From IMG/VR virus record IMGVR_UViG_3300000917_000001: a stretch of DNA of 64,000 bases; one strand, 5' to 3'. Source of the DNA: an uncultured virus (IMG/VR IMGVR_UViG_3300000917_000001) (taxonomy: Duplodnaviria; Heunggongvirae; Uroviricota; Caudoviricetes). Shown here piece after piece: positions 17,422-27,554 of the stretch. Under the pieces are notes generated by a model. The model saw nothing but the letters and a program-made list of their open reading frames with translations, had not been told where the DNA came from and did not search any database. Positions within the stretch are counted from its first letter, which is position 1. Every line of letters starts with the position of its first letter. The position numbers were made by a program, and so were the translations under genes.

Positions 17422-17935
17422 TATTTCCTCCTAATTCTTTTAGAATAATATCTTTATCTAATTGTAGTAATTTCATTTTATCTTTTAAATTTATCACTTC
17501 ATATAATCCTGTTCCTTTACAATGTCTACATGGTTCCTTTTTATCTTTGATATATGGTCGTGCTAAAATCCATTTAATATCCACATCAACGTCATATAAT
17601 AGAACTTCTTCCTCTCCAAATTGATAAAATAATGAATCTCTTACAAAGGAAAATATTGGTTTTTTCATAGCATTTTGAATCCAATCAGTTAATCCCATAA
17701 CACAATATTGACATTGAAGTTCTGTATGCTTATATATTATTTCTTGTTCAATTGTTTTTCCACATAAACAATCAAGAAATTTATCTATTGATATATCAAT
17801 AGAGAATGTTCTATATTCTGAGGTAACTGAAGAAATTTTATTTCCAAAAGTTTCAAGTCTTTGAAATCCTTTAAGATCTACTTTTGGTAAGATAATTTTA
17901 GCGTGTTTACCACTATTCTTTATTATTCCTGCCAC
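17393..17935 (-). CDS. Hypothetical protein with zinc-finger-like CxxC and CxxCxGxG motifs
   Basis: CQYC and CRHCKGTG. Confidence 0.65.
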   Translation of the reverse strand: MAGIIKNSGKHAKIILPKVDLKGFQRLETFGNKISSVTSEYRTFSIDISIDKFLDCLCGKTIEQEIIYKHTELQCQYCVMGLTDWIQNAMKKPIFSFVRDSLFYQFGEEEVLLYDVDVDIKWILARPYIKDKKEPCRHCKGTGLYEVINLKDKMKLLQLDKDIILKELGGNNVRSNIELE

Positions 17936-17937
17936 AA

Positions 17938-18312
17938 CTATTTCCTTGGTAGAATATATTGTTCATAAAATGTTCTTCCAAACTCAGTCATAAAGATTGA
18001 ATAACCTACTTGTTTTATAAACTTATGCTTCATAAGATCATCCAAGATCATGAAGATTACTCCTGGTGATTCTGGAGTTTCTTTATTATCTAAAGATGTT
18101 TTTAACAAATAGTCGTAAAAGTCAAATCTATTAATTCCATCAAATCTTGTTTGTTTGCATCTTTTATAAATTTCATCTAAAATAGCTGTTTCATAGATAG
18201 TTAAAGTTTTTGATAGAGATTCTTTTCGTTTGTTTTCTTTTGATTTTGCAAACGCTGTAAAAATCAAAAGCGAAACCAAAACACAAACTACAAATAATAA
18301 AAGTGCTGCCAT
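17938..18312 (-). CDS. Membrane-anchored protein with possible winged-helix C-terminus
   Basis: N-terminal TM helix; L...FI......MTEFGR. Confidence 0.6.
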   Translation of the reverse strand: MAALLLFVVCVLVSLLIFTAFAKSKENKRKESLSKTLTIYETAILDEIYKRCKQTRFDGINRFDFYDYLLKTSLDNKETPESPGVIFMILDDLMKHKFIKQVGYSIFMTEFGRTFYEQYILPRK

Positions 18313-18328
18313 TTATTTTCCCCTTTCT

Positions 18329-18514
18329 TTATTCAAGCAGGACTACTTCACCAGATGAGAGTATTTGATGACCATTGCTTTCAATAAGACAATTTGGACA
18401 CGTATGTGTAGTTGCCTTTACTCTTGTTCCTTTAATTACTAAATCCGTAAATATCTTTCCACAATTTTCACATCTTAACTTTACTGAATATTTTTTATCA
18501 TCTTGATTTTCCAT
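18329..18514 (-). CDS. Zinc-ribbon protein
   Basis: CENCG...CPNC. Confidence 0.7.
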   Translation of the reverse strand: MENQDDKKYSVKLRCENCGKIFTDLVIKGTRVKATTHTCPNCLIESNGHQILSSGEVVLLE

Positions 18515-18527
18515 AATATTGCTCCTT

Positions 18528-18734
18528 TTATTTGTTTATTTTATCTGACTCTTCTTGGGATACGCCACCAACTCCCTGAGAATCTCCGGTGTTGGTAACA
18601 TATGATGGAACTCCACCACATCCGCATACATTTGGGATTCCAAGACTATCAGTAGGGATTTTTCCTCCACCACCATTGCATGCAGATAATAAAATAAAAA
18701 AACTCATAACAAACAGTAACTTTTTCATAAACAA
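18528..18734 (-). CDS. Small lipoprotein
   Basis: MKK + hydrophobic stretch + LSAC lipobox; reverse promoter motif at 18755-18768. Confidence 0.7.
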   Translation of the reverse strand: MFMKKLLFVMSFFILLSACNGGGGKIPTDSLGIPNVCGCGGVPSYVTNTGDSQGVGGVSQEESDKINK

Positions 18735-18824
18735 TACCTCCTATGTATTTAGATATTAATATATATAGAAATAAAAAGACAAAAAAAGACTGTGGTTAGC
18801 TTGCCCCACAGTCCCCAATTGGAA

Positions 18825-18998
18825 CTACTTGATCAGAAGCCCCTTGCATTTGTTGCATCTTGGGAACTGCTTCTGCCGTTCGTCCCAATCCTCAACTTCT
18901 TTCCCGCAATTGTAGCACTTGGCCATCCTTTTTAAGGTTGCGGTTGAGTAGTTGGATTTATTTTTCTTGGCTATATTCAGAAGTTCTTGTGATAGCAT
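18825..18998 (-). CDS. Zinc-ribbon protein (57 aa, CYNC...CNKC)
   Basis: Translated by hand; reverse promoter motif at 19019-19032, GGGGGTG SD, terminator at 18781-18813. Confidence 0.75.
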   Translation of the reverse strand: MLSQELLNIAKKNKSNYSTATLKRMAKCYNCGKEVEDWDERQKQFPRCNKCKGLLIK

Positions 18999-19036
18999 AC
19001 AATCACCCCCTTCTAATAATTAATATATATAGAAAA

Positions 19037-19354
19037 CTAAACCATATCTGAAGGTGGTAATTTCTGTCTATGGTATGTTGAAATTATTTCATTTCTCCAA
19101 AATTTATATGGTTTATATTCAAATTTGTTACAAAAGTCGTCTGGTTTTGATAATTTTGTTAAAAAGAAGTTCATACAAGAAACGTAATTATCTTCGCTTA
19201 TTACAATAAATTCTCGGTATTCTTTACATGTTATTACAAGAACAGAGTCGCTTATATGGAGTTTTCTTCCTTCACCTATTACATTGTACATTTTGATAAT
19301 TATCTTCTTTGAACACAGTTTTACTTTTTCGCATTGTTCACATGGAATAATCAT
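19037..19354 (-). CDS. Cys-rich mini-protein family member (IPCEQCEKVKLC), last gene of the radical SAM block
   Basis: Family motif. Confidence 0.65.
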   Translation of the reverse strand: MIIPCEQCEKVKLCSKKIIIKMYNVIGEGRKLHISDSVLVITCKEYREFIVISEDNYVSCMNFFLTKLSKPDDFCNKFEYKPYKFWRNEIISTYHRQKLPPSDMV

Positions 19355-20383
19355 TTAATATTCCTTCGAAACAAAAGACGTTACATATTGGTTTGTTTTT
19401 GACTTTATTCTTTTACAAATCTTTTCTTTTGGAACTTCAAAGTCACAACAAAAACCAAGAAGTGGGCATACTATTTCTTTTTCTAAAATAGGAAGAAAAT
19501 TTTCTTTCGAATCTTCAACATCAAATACCACTTTATTAGTAGTAAATTTACAATAGGAAACCTTTCCATAAGGATTTATATAAATTCCGTTTTTTCCTAC
19601 GAAACATTTATAATAGTTATTCTCATCATGTAGTGTATATAGAACTTCATTGTATGGTAAAACTTCTTCGCGAATAATTCCATCGTCTACATATTTGTAT
19701 TTTAACTCTATATCTTTTACTTTTTGTTGCGTTAATAAATATTGTGATAACTCTTCTGGTTTCCAATTAGATCCATGATCGTTTTTCATGTTTCTACTTA
19801 TTAAGTTTAAGTATACTTCACAGTTATTATATCCATTATATTTTTTATCAAAATAGTTAAATATATCAAAACATTCTTCTTTTTTTCTAGAGTCTGCCAT
19901 AACTTTTATTTTAAGAAGATCAATATTTGTTTTAATAATTTCTTCTGTATTTTTATCAAACTTTTCAAAATTTGCTTTTAGTGGATGAAATGATGACGTT
20001 ATACAAAGTTTACCATTTTTATTTGTGATGATTTCTTTATACAAATCAGAACTAGAACTTAGATTTGTATATAGCCTTATATATGGAACAATCTTATTAA
20101 CTATTTTAAAGATGTCTGGATCTATAGTTGGTTCTCCGCCATACAACTGAACTAAAACATTCTTTTTTGTTCCTAAAAAGTTTATAAAATTTATAATGCT
20201 TTCCTTTTTCTCCCAGCTTACAAATTTACTATCAGAATAAAAATCACAGTAGTCACATCTATAATTGCAAGAAAAAGTTGGTGGATAGAGAATGTAAAAC
20301 AAATTTGGATCTTTACTAAATTTGATATGTCCAACTTTTAAAATCTCAATTGGTTGAGTTATCACTTCTTTTTTATTCTCCAT
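19355..20383 (-). CDS. Radical SAM protein with twitch/SPASM-like C-terminus
   Basis: CNYRCDYC, GGEP, C-x-G...INPYGKVSYC. Confidence 0.9.
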   Translation of the reverse strand: MENKKEVITQPIEILKVGHIKFSKDPNLFYILYPPTFSCNYRCDYCDFYSDSKFVSWEKKESIINFINFLGTKKNVLVQLYGGEPTIDPDIFKIVNKIVPYIRLYTNLSSSSDLYKEIITNKNGKLCITSSFHPLKANFEKFDKNTEEIIKTNIDLLKIKVMADSRKKEECFDIFNYFDKKYNGYNNCEVYLNLISRNMKNDHGSNWKPEELSQYLLTQQKVKDIELKYKYVDDGIIREEVLPYNEVLYTLHDENNYYKCFVGKNGIYINPYGKVSYCKFTTNKVVFDVEDSKENFLPILEKEIVCPLLGFCCDFEVPKEKICKRIKSKTNQYVTSFVSKEY

Positions 20384-20919
20384 ATTCTAGTTGGAAATTT
20401 TTCAACAATATATCCAAATTCTTCAGCAAAACTATCAACAGCATGTATAACTCCTGGAAATGTAAGATCATAATCATGACCACAAATTATAGCATTTTCA
20501 CTACAATAATGAATATAAAAATTTAGTTCACTTAGAACTACTTCAAATATATGACGCCCATCTAAAAAAAGCATATCTATTTTCTTTCTATTCCATTTTT
20601 TTAATGGGGAAAAATTTGGAACTTGGATAATGTTATCTAAGTTATACTTTCTTTTTATTTCTAAAAAAACTCTTTTACTATCATCAACGTTAGGTTGATA
20701 CTTGCTTTTTCTAAGTATCCATGGATCTATTGTTAATAATATTGTTCCTGGAATTGAATTCTTTGACAAAACGTAAGAAGACCTTCCACAAAAAGTTCCA
20801 ACTTCAACTATTAAATTTCCTTGATCTTTAAGTTCTTTTAAAAAGTTACATAATGTTGTTAAATCATCATAAGTAGTTAAACCAGGTATATCCATATTTA
20901 TATTATTTGTTGTAATCAT
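20362..20919 (-). CDS. Class I SAM-dependent methyltransferase (Methyltransf_24-like)
   Basis: VEVGTFCGRS, IDPW, LFLDGRH, CGHDY. Confidence 0.88.
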   Translation of the reverse strand: MITTNNINMDIPGLTTYDDLTTLCNFLKELKDQGNLIVEVGTFCGRSSYVLSKNSIPGTILLTIDPWILRKSKYQPNVDDSKRVFLEIKRKYNLDNIIQVPNFSPLKKWNRKKIDMLFLDGRHIFEVVLSELNFYIHYCSENAIICGHDYDLTFPGVIHAVDSFAEEFGYIVEKFPTRIWRIKKK

Positions 20920-22748
20920 TTGTCTTTTCCTTTTAAGTCTAAAAAATAGTCTGTTGCTTCATAACATTTACTACATACAGCATCTGGTTTAGTATTAAAA
21001 TGTAAAACGTTCTTTTCTAACTTATAGAAATTTTTTTCATTAAGTTCAACATAGTTAGTAAAAAGAGCACTTTGTTTACAAAATAATATTTTATTTTCTG
21101 TAAAGTCAAACATAGGAAAGAAATAGTTGTCTCTACATATTTTTCTATACTGTTCTAGTTTTGTAGTTTTATCAAAATCTTGAATTCTTTTTACTATTCT
21201 TTGATATTCAAACTTATAATTAGAATAACTTAATAAATCGTTTAACATAATTCCATAATCGTTTTTTGTTAGTTGAAATCTATCGTTTTCATCTAAAGGA
21301 TTTTTTGGTTGATAATTTTGAAGCATCCACTGTTTCTTTGGTTCATTATTTCTTTCTATAAATTCTTTTATCTTTCCAATATTTTCATGATTTACTACAA
21401 AGAGATAGATTAATTTTGGATCATCAATATTTATTTCCATTCCTCTTTGTATACGAACATGTAGAATAACTTGTTCGATTTTATCATAAAATTCTTTAAA
21501 ATAACCCTTAGTAATAAACAATCCATTCGTACAAATTCTTAACTTTTTGTCAAAGCTAAAAATATATTTTAAAAGATCATGATTTAGTAATCCTAGTTCA
21601 CCACCATTAATATATAATGGAATATCTTTATATTTTTCTATGATTCTAGGAAAGAATTTTCTAAAAGATTCTTCATCAATATCTTTCATTTCTTTTAAAA
21701 GTGGTCTGTCACAATATTCACAAATCCAATTACATTTTTGAGTTACTATCATACATACAATATAAGGTTTAGTACAACTCTCACTAGTTCGTTCTTTAGG
21801 AACACTTACTTCAGCTCGACAATTATAAGAGTAGCATATTTTTTTATCTTTAACTACTTTATCGTAGTTAATATCTTCTTCAAATAAATTACATAGTTTA
21901 TTGTTTTCCCATTCTTCATAAGTACAACGAAAAATATCTCCATTTTCATTTATTATTATATGTCTATTTCCAGCTTCACATTCATAACCATAGAAATTAC
22001 ATTGTCCAAGGAAATCTGTTTTAACATCTAGTAATCTAATATGGTTAAATGTTAGACTTTTAGTTGAAACATTTCCTTCTTCATCAACATATTCAACAAT
22101 ATGATCTTTTACTTTATCATTATTATGTTCTTTTTTATAGAAGTCAAGATCTTCATCTGTAAATTTAGAATCTTTATTTATTATTAGATCTAGAGAGCAG
22201 TTAAATAATTCATGCTTTTCTAACCTTTTAAACTCATTATAAACTTGTAGTATTTCTTTCTTGTATAAAGGATCCCACATAACTTTTGTAGTGATAGGAA
22301 TATTATTCTTTAGGATTAGCTCAACTTTGTTAACAAAGGTATTGAAGTCTGCTTTCTGATAATGAAATGATGTTAAAAACTTCACGAATTTTCTTCTAGA
22401 AATCAATTCTTTTAATTTATCTTCTTCTATAGATAAGTTTGTAAAATAATGTAATGGATATTTACTTTGTTTAAGATTTTCAATAATATAAAATAGGTCT
22501 GGATGAACAAGAGGCTCACCACCATATAATGTTAATCTTAAGTTATACTTATCTGATAAATAATTACAAAAATTTATTATCTTTTGTAAGTGTTCTTTAT
22601 TCTTATATTGTTGTTCTTTCCAAGTATCACAGTAAGAGCATTTATAGTTGCATTGTTTAGATATCGACCACGTACATGAAAAAAACAATGGGTCTTCATA
22701 ACATTTCTGGTATGTTTTTATTATGGGATTACGATTTTGATAATACAT
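20916..22748 (-). CDS. Two-domain radical SAM fusion protein
   Basis: CNYKCSYC/GGEP and a second CNWICEYC/GGEL. Confidence 0.9.
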   Translation of the reverse strand: MYYQNRNPIIKTYQKCYEDPLFFSCTWSISKQCNYKCSYCDTWKEQQYKNKEHLQKIINFCNYLSDKYNLRLTLYGGEPLVHPDLFYIIENLKQSKYPLHYFTNLSIEEDKLKELISRRKFVKFLTSFHYQKADFNTFVNKVELILKNNIPITTKVMWDPLYKKEILQVYNEFKRLEKHELFNCSLDLIINKDSKFTDEDLDFYKKEHNNDKVKDHIVEYVDEEGNVSTKSLTFNHIRLLDVKTDFLGQCNFYGYECEAGNRHIIINENGDIFRCTYEEWENNKLCNLFEEDINYDKVVKDKKICYSYNCRAEVSVPKERTSESCTKPYIVCMIVTQKCNWICEYCDRPLLKEMKDIDEESFRKFFPRIIEKYKDIPLYINGGELGLLNHDLLKYIFSFDKKLRICTNGLFITKGYFKEFYDKIEQVILHVRIQRGMEINIDDPKLIYLFVVNHENIGKIKEFIERNNEPKKQWMLQNYQPKNPLDENDRFQLTKNDYGIMLNDLLSYSNYKFEYQRIVKRIQDFDKTTKLEQYRKICRDNYFFPMFDFTENKILFCKQSALFTNYVELNEKNFYKLEKNVLHFNTKPDAVCSKCYEATDYFLDLKGKDK

Positions 22749-23706
22749 TATCCCTCCGAATTTGGGAAATTATTCTTTTTCTTGGTAATAAGTGTTCACA
22801 ACAAAAGGCATTTAACTTACAGATAACAGGAACACTAAATACTTGATCGTATTTATTGTAGTCATCTTCTATAACGTTGAAGATCGGTTTAACTCCTTCA
22901 AAATATGAAGACATACAAATTAGAACGTCACCATTAGGAGATATAAAGATCCCTCGTTTTCCTGTGTCACATCTATACATATAATATTTTGGAAATCCAG
23001 AAAAAATTCTTCGTATTTCATTATATGATAATTCTTTTGTTTTAGGTTCTTCTCCTTCATTTTCAATATATACTATTTTAAATTCTTTATTATCTTGAAC
23101 AGAATCAAATTTTTCTAAATCATCGCTAGTCCATGGAAAATTATCATGATAAACTAGATCTAGAAAAGCTACATAATTTGAATGAGTGCTCTCAAGTTGT
23201 TTCATTGACTGAAATATCTTAAAAATTTCTTCTTTATGCCTAGGATCCCAAAGAACTTTTACTTTAACTAATTTAACATTATCAATCAAAAAGTTTATTT
23301 TTTCTTTAAACTCTTCAAAGTTTGATCTTTCATAATGGTATGTACTACAGATTGTAATATCAGGTTTTGTTTGCGCTAAGTCTTTAAAGAATTTTAGACT
23401 ATGACTAAGATTAGTCATAGCTATAAGGTCAGTAGTTTTTATTTGTTTAACAATATTTAAAATATCTGGATGTAGAAGAGGTTCCCCTCCAAATAAAGCA
23501 GCCCAAACTTGATATCCTAAAGATTCAATATGGTTTATATAGTTTATTATCTTTGTAGTTTTTTCTTCATTTAAATAAGGTTCAAATTTTTGATGAACAC
23601 CACAATAGTCGCAGTTATAATTACAGTTGTTAGATACACTCCAATGTAGACTGAATAACTTCTGATTTTCAAAAAAGTCTTTTCTTCCTACTTCTAAAAT
23701 TTCCAT
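22729..23706 (-). CDS. Radical SAM protein with twitch-like C-terminus
   Basis: CNYNCDYC, GGEP, ISPNGDVLIC. Confidence 0.9.
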   Translation of the reverse strand: MEILEVGRKDFFENQKLFSLHWSVSNNCNYNCDYCGVHQKFEPYLNEEKTTKIINYINHIESLGYQVWAALFGGEPLLHPDILNIVKQIKTTDLIAMTNLSHSLKFFKDLAQTKPDITICSTYHYERSNFEEFKEKINFLIDNVKLVKVKVLWDPRHKEEIFKIFQSMKQLESTHSNYVAFLDLVYHDNFPWTSDDLEKFDSVQDNKEFKIVYIENEGEEPKTKELSYNEIRRIFSGFPKYYMYRCDTGKRGIFISPNGDVLICMSSYFEGVKPIFNVIEDDYNKYDQVFSVPVICKLNAFCCEHLLPRKRIISQIRRDNVLSKS

Positions 23707-24626
23707 TATTGTTTCCTTTTTGAAATAGTTAAATCATAACAAAAAGATTCTATTGGGCATTCACCTTCTTCATTTTCACTAAATAAAGGTTCCTTAAATA
23801 TATTAAACATTGGTGATTTTATATAAAATAACTCATTACATCTAAATACGTCTCCGTTTGAATCTATCGTTAAAGAATCTTTACTAGAATTACATATAAA
23901 TCCTTTATAGTTTTCTATATTTTCTCTACACATTTTAATTGCTTCTGGGTAAGAGACTTCTTGTTGTTTTTGTTTACCATCTTCTTCATAGAAAATTAAA
24001 AAATCTTTTGATATAGTTAATGATTCTATAAAGTCCAGATCTTCTTTATCCCAAGCAAAAAATGGATGTCTAGGAATATCTAAGTATACTTTCAAATTTG
24101 AATATTTTTCTTCTAATTTTTTAGCTTCTTTATATACATCTAAAGTATAGTCTTTATTTCGTATATCCCAAAATACTTTAGAAGAAACAAAATGAATCCT
24201 AGGAGTTATATACTCCAAAGTTTCTAAATAATCTTTTGGCCAAATAAAGGGATAATGATATTCTGCATCTATATGTATTTCTGGTTGAACTGAATCCATA
24301 AAATTACTAAAGATATCATATCCATGGCTGCTATTTGTTTTTATTCGTAACCTTGTTGTTTTAATTCTTTTAACTATATCAATAATATTTGGGTGAAGAA
24401 GAGATTCTCCACCAGTTAAAGTAAGTATAACTTTTCTTCCAGATTCTTCTATACTATTAATATAATCTATTATTTTGTTACATTTTTCTAATTTCAAAAA
24501 GTCTTCATCTTTCTTAATTCCACAATATATACACTTATAGTTACATTTTTTTGTAACAAACCATGAAATATTAAATAGATCTTGATCTTCAATAAAATCT
24601 TTTCTTCCAACTTTCAGTATATTCAT
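23706..24626 (-). CDS. Radical SAM protein with twitch-like C-terminus
   Basis: CNYKCIYC, GGES, IDSNGDVFRC. Confidence 0.9.
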   Translation of the reverse strand: MNILKVGRKDFIEDQDLFNISWFVTKKCNYKCIYCGIKKDEDFLKLEKCNKIIDYINSIEESGRKVILTLTGGESLLHPNIIDIVKRIKTTRLRIKTNSSHGYDIFSNFMDSVQPEIHIDAEYHYPFIWPKDYLETLEYITPRIHFVSSKVFWDIRNKDYTLDVYKEAKKLEEKYSNLKVYLDIPRHPFFAWDKEDLDFIESLTISKDFLIFYEEDGKQKQQEVSYPEAIKMCRENIENYKGFICNSSKDSLTIDSNGDVFRCNELFYIKSPMFNIFKEPLFSENEEGECPIESFCYDLTISKRKQ

Positions 24627-24627
24627 T

Positions 24628-25677
24628 TTATCTCCTAAAATATAAGATATCTTTTATTACTTCACCTTCGATTGGTTTATAAGCTTCAGACCCAAATATT
24701 CTATTATTATTCTTCCATATTCCTTCACATATTGGAAAGCAACTACATTTTAAACATGAAAATTTATAACCAGAAACATCTTTAATAGTTTCATATATTG
24801 CTTCCATTTCTAAATCAACTTTATCTTTCCATGTTTTTGGAGGTGGAATAGGAATATCCCTTCTAATACAATCTAAGATTCTAATAGCATATTCGGTCCA
24901 ATCAAATGGATCAAATGCTCTTTGAATATACATGGAAACATATTTTTCATACTTATGCATTAAACAAAAGGGAATATATCTAACATTTATAACAATATCT
25001 TTGTCTAACATATCTATTGCTTCTTTTATATAAACTACTGACTCTGTCAAATTAATAACATTACCTTCTGGTTTTGCAGAATTTTCAACTCTAAATGGTA
25101 AAAAATTAAAAGAATGTGGTTTTATATTGTTAACTAGTTCAGCAATCATTGGCAATTCTTTATAATTGTCTTTTGTTACAACAGTATTTATTCTTATTAG
25201 GATTCCTAATTCCAATGCCTTATCAATAGCCCTCATTATCTTTCTAAATGAACCTTTAACTCCTGTCATCGCATCATGAATTTCATTTGTTGGTCCATGC
25301 AGAGAAAATAGAACCTCATTCAATCCATGTTCAATACTTTTTTGAAAGAATTGTTTAGAGGATAGTTTATATCCGTTACTTATAACAGAAATTTTTCTAA
25401 ATCTATATTTAACTAAGTTATCCAAAAGATCAAACCAATACGGAAGAATAGTTGGTTCTCCACCACTAATATCCCAGTCAGTTATCCCAAGCTTCTTTCC
25501 TATATCAATTTGTTTATAGATTTCTGGTTGAATATCTTTTGCTTCTAACCCTCTATAGAAGCAAAATTTACAATCAATATTACATAGATAACCAGTAAAC
25601 AATCTTGCTCTTGCTGTTATTGGATCATCTATTCTTTTTACAACTTTTCTAAAATCAAAGTTATATAGCTTTTCCAT
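24628..25677 (-). CDS. Radical SAM protein (PqqE/HxsC-like architecture)
   Basis: CNIDCKFC, SGGEPT, SLHG..HD..TG..GSF, YIPFC, CxxC-x5-CEG. Confidence 0.9.
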   Translation of the reverse strand: MEKLYNFDFRKVVKRIDDPITARARLFTGYLCNIDCKFCFYRGLEAKDIQPEIYKQIDIGKKLGITDWDISGGEPTILPYWFDLLDNLVKYRFRKISVISNGYKLSSKQFFQKSIEHGLNEVLFSLHGPTNEIHDAMTGVKGSFRKIMRAIDKALELGILIRINTVVTKDNYKELPMIAELVNNIKPHSFNFLPFRVENSAKPEGNVINLTESVVYIKEAIDMLDKDIVINVRYIPFCLMHKYEKYVSMYIQRAFDPFDWTEYAIRILDCIRRDIPIPPPKTWKDKVDLEMEAIYETIKDVSGYKFSCLKCSCFPICEGIWKNNNRIFGSEAYKPIEGEVIKDILYFRR

Positions 25678-25678
25678 T

Positions 25679-26611
25679 TCACAACCTATAAATGAAATCT
25701 TTGAAGTTCACAAATAGCTTCTTTTCAATTTCTTGTTTAGATATTTTTAAAGGAACATGATCTTTTAATCCATCTATACCAAATAGTTTCAAATAGTAGA
25801 ATAAACCATCCTCCATAAATAAACCATCTGCATAATAGTTTACCGTTTTTCCATGGTATAAATGTTCAAAGATTGTTTTCCCCATGTTTTCAGCATATTT
25901 TTCTTCGTAGATTTCTCCTTTCTGTTTATTTGTTCTTCTATAATCTAATACATTAGATAATCCTCTTTGAGTTTGAGATAACAGATCCATTCTTTTCTTA
26001 CTAAACTTAATATAATGAATAACTTGATTAAAGTTACTTTTTCTTATATTTGCTGGATTAACTAAAAAAGTACAATTATCAGTTGGAACAGCTTTATCAA
26101 GATCTGGATAAACTCCTAACTTACTTCTAAAAATATCTAATGAATCCATCACGTACATTTTCTTACATTTTAGTTTTAGATCAACATCTTCTTGGAGCAT
26201 TTCAAACAAGATTCTACCTGTACATATTATAGTATCAGCTTCAAAGTCAACTGGGAGGTACACTAATTTATTATGTAGAGATATATCTCCAAAGTTTTTA
26301 TTCAGTTGCATAAAGGGAATTGCGCTAGTAAACATTTCACTATTTGTATCTTCAATCTTAAAAACAGGTGTGTTATCTATATCTAAACTATTATTTAAGT
26401 ATTTATAATACTTGATTCTTTTTAAATCAATAAAAGGATAAAGAATAGATTTTTCAGGTTCTTTTTCGTTTAGTAGAAACAATTCTGGACATATTATTTT
26501 GAAATCAATTTCTAAATCTGGCCTTATTAGTTTGATATTATTATACAAGTCAATCATTGAGGTCATAACACCATCAACAACGCTTTTATAATAATGTAGA
26601 ATCAAAATCAT
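25679..26611 (-). CDS. Putative GT-B-like glycosyltransferase
   Basis: DGVMTS N-terminal loop; ENMGKTIFEHLYHGK resembles the GT-B E-x7-E motif; start after GGAGG. Confidence 0.45.
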   Translation of the reverse strand: MILILHYYKSVVDGVMTSMIDLYNNIKLIRPDLEIDFKIICPELFLLNEKEPEKSILYPFIDLKRIKYYKYLNNSLDIDNTPVFKIEDTNSEMFTSAIPFMQLNKNFGDISLHNKLVYLPVDFEADTIICTGRILFEMLQEDVDLKLKCKKMYVMDSLDIFRSKLGVYPDLDKAVPTDNCTFLVNPANIRKSNFNQVIHYIKFSKKRMDLLSQTQRGLSNVLDYRRTNKQKGEIYEEKYAENMGKTIFEHLYHGKTVNYYADGLFMEDGLFYYLKLFGIDGLKDHVPLKISKQEIEKKLFVNFKDFIYRL

Positions 26612-27545
26612 ATTTTTCCTCCAGAATTTGTTCAACAATTTTAATTACTTCATCATTCTCATTAAGAAATAAACCTTTAAAATCTTCCATTGTATCTTTA
26701 TATCTATAGTATCCTCCAGATTTTGTTTCCATCATTTCATCGAAATACATTATTTCTTTCCCATAAAATTTACATTCTGGAATCAGTCTTGGTGTTGCAT
26801 CAAAACCATCATTATAAGGAAGATAAACAAAGGTTTTAAATAATCCCATAAATTCTTCAACAGGAGGAACTATAAGTGCTGCTCGGCCTTCTTCTTGAAC
26901 CCAAGCATAATAATCTTTATTTTTTTGCCCAGTATATAAAGCAACAGACCCACCTAACTCATCAAAAAGAGATAGAATATATTCTCTTGAGTATCTTCTT
27001 GTTACTAAAGATACATTAAGCATATAGTCATATTTAGCAGAATATTCTTTCTTTTTGAACTTATCAAACAAAATCTTTTTTCTATACGGTTTCCAATTTA
27101 TCCCTTTATAATTAAAAACTCTTTCATCAGCTAAAGTTAAACTATTTTTATATAATTTAGTTTGTTTTGGATGAATGTCTTTATAATCAGCTAATCCAAG
27201 ATAGAACTTGGTAGATAACATATTCCCATTTTGCAAAATCCAATATATAGCTGAGTTGGTTGCGCAAAATAAAATATCTGAGCAAGCAACTGGTTCTCTT
27301 AGAAGTTTCCCGCAAAAATATGGACCAATTAATATATGTTCAAATACTTCTTCTTCTATATTTTCATATTTGTCTGTAAGAATCTTAACAACATCTTCTT
27401 TAGGATGATCTGTTAATAATCTAAAGATTACATTGCAATCTGTAAAATGTTTCTTTATCAAATAGTAGTATTCAAAATTGTCGAAAAACCCTCCATTAAC
27501 TATACATTGGTCATAAAAAAGAAACATTATTGTTTTTTTAGACAA
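26586..27545 (-). CDS. Putative GT-B-like glycosyltransferase
   Basis: NGGFFD loop; FDATPRLIPECKFYGKEI; paralog of 30977-31786. Confidence 0.45.
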   Translation of the reverse strand: MSKKTIMFLFYDQCIVNGGFFDNFEYYYLIKKHFTDCNVIFRLLTDHPKEDVVKILTDKYENIEEEVFEHILIGPYFCGKLLREPVACSDILFCATNSAIYWILQNGNMLSTKFYLGLADYKDIHPKQTKLYKNSLTLADERVFNYKGINWKPYRKKILFDKFKKKEYSAKYDYMLNVSLVTRRYSREYILSLFDELGGSVALYTGQKNKDYYAWVQEEGRAALIVPPVEEFMGLFKTFVYLPYNDGFDATPRLIPECKFYGKEIMYFDEMMETKSGGYYRYKDTMEDFKGLFLNENDEVIKIVEQILEEKYDFDSTLL

Positions 27546-27554
27546 TGGCCTCTC

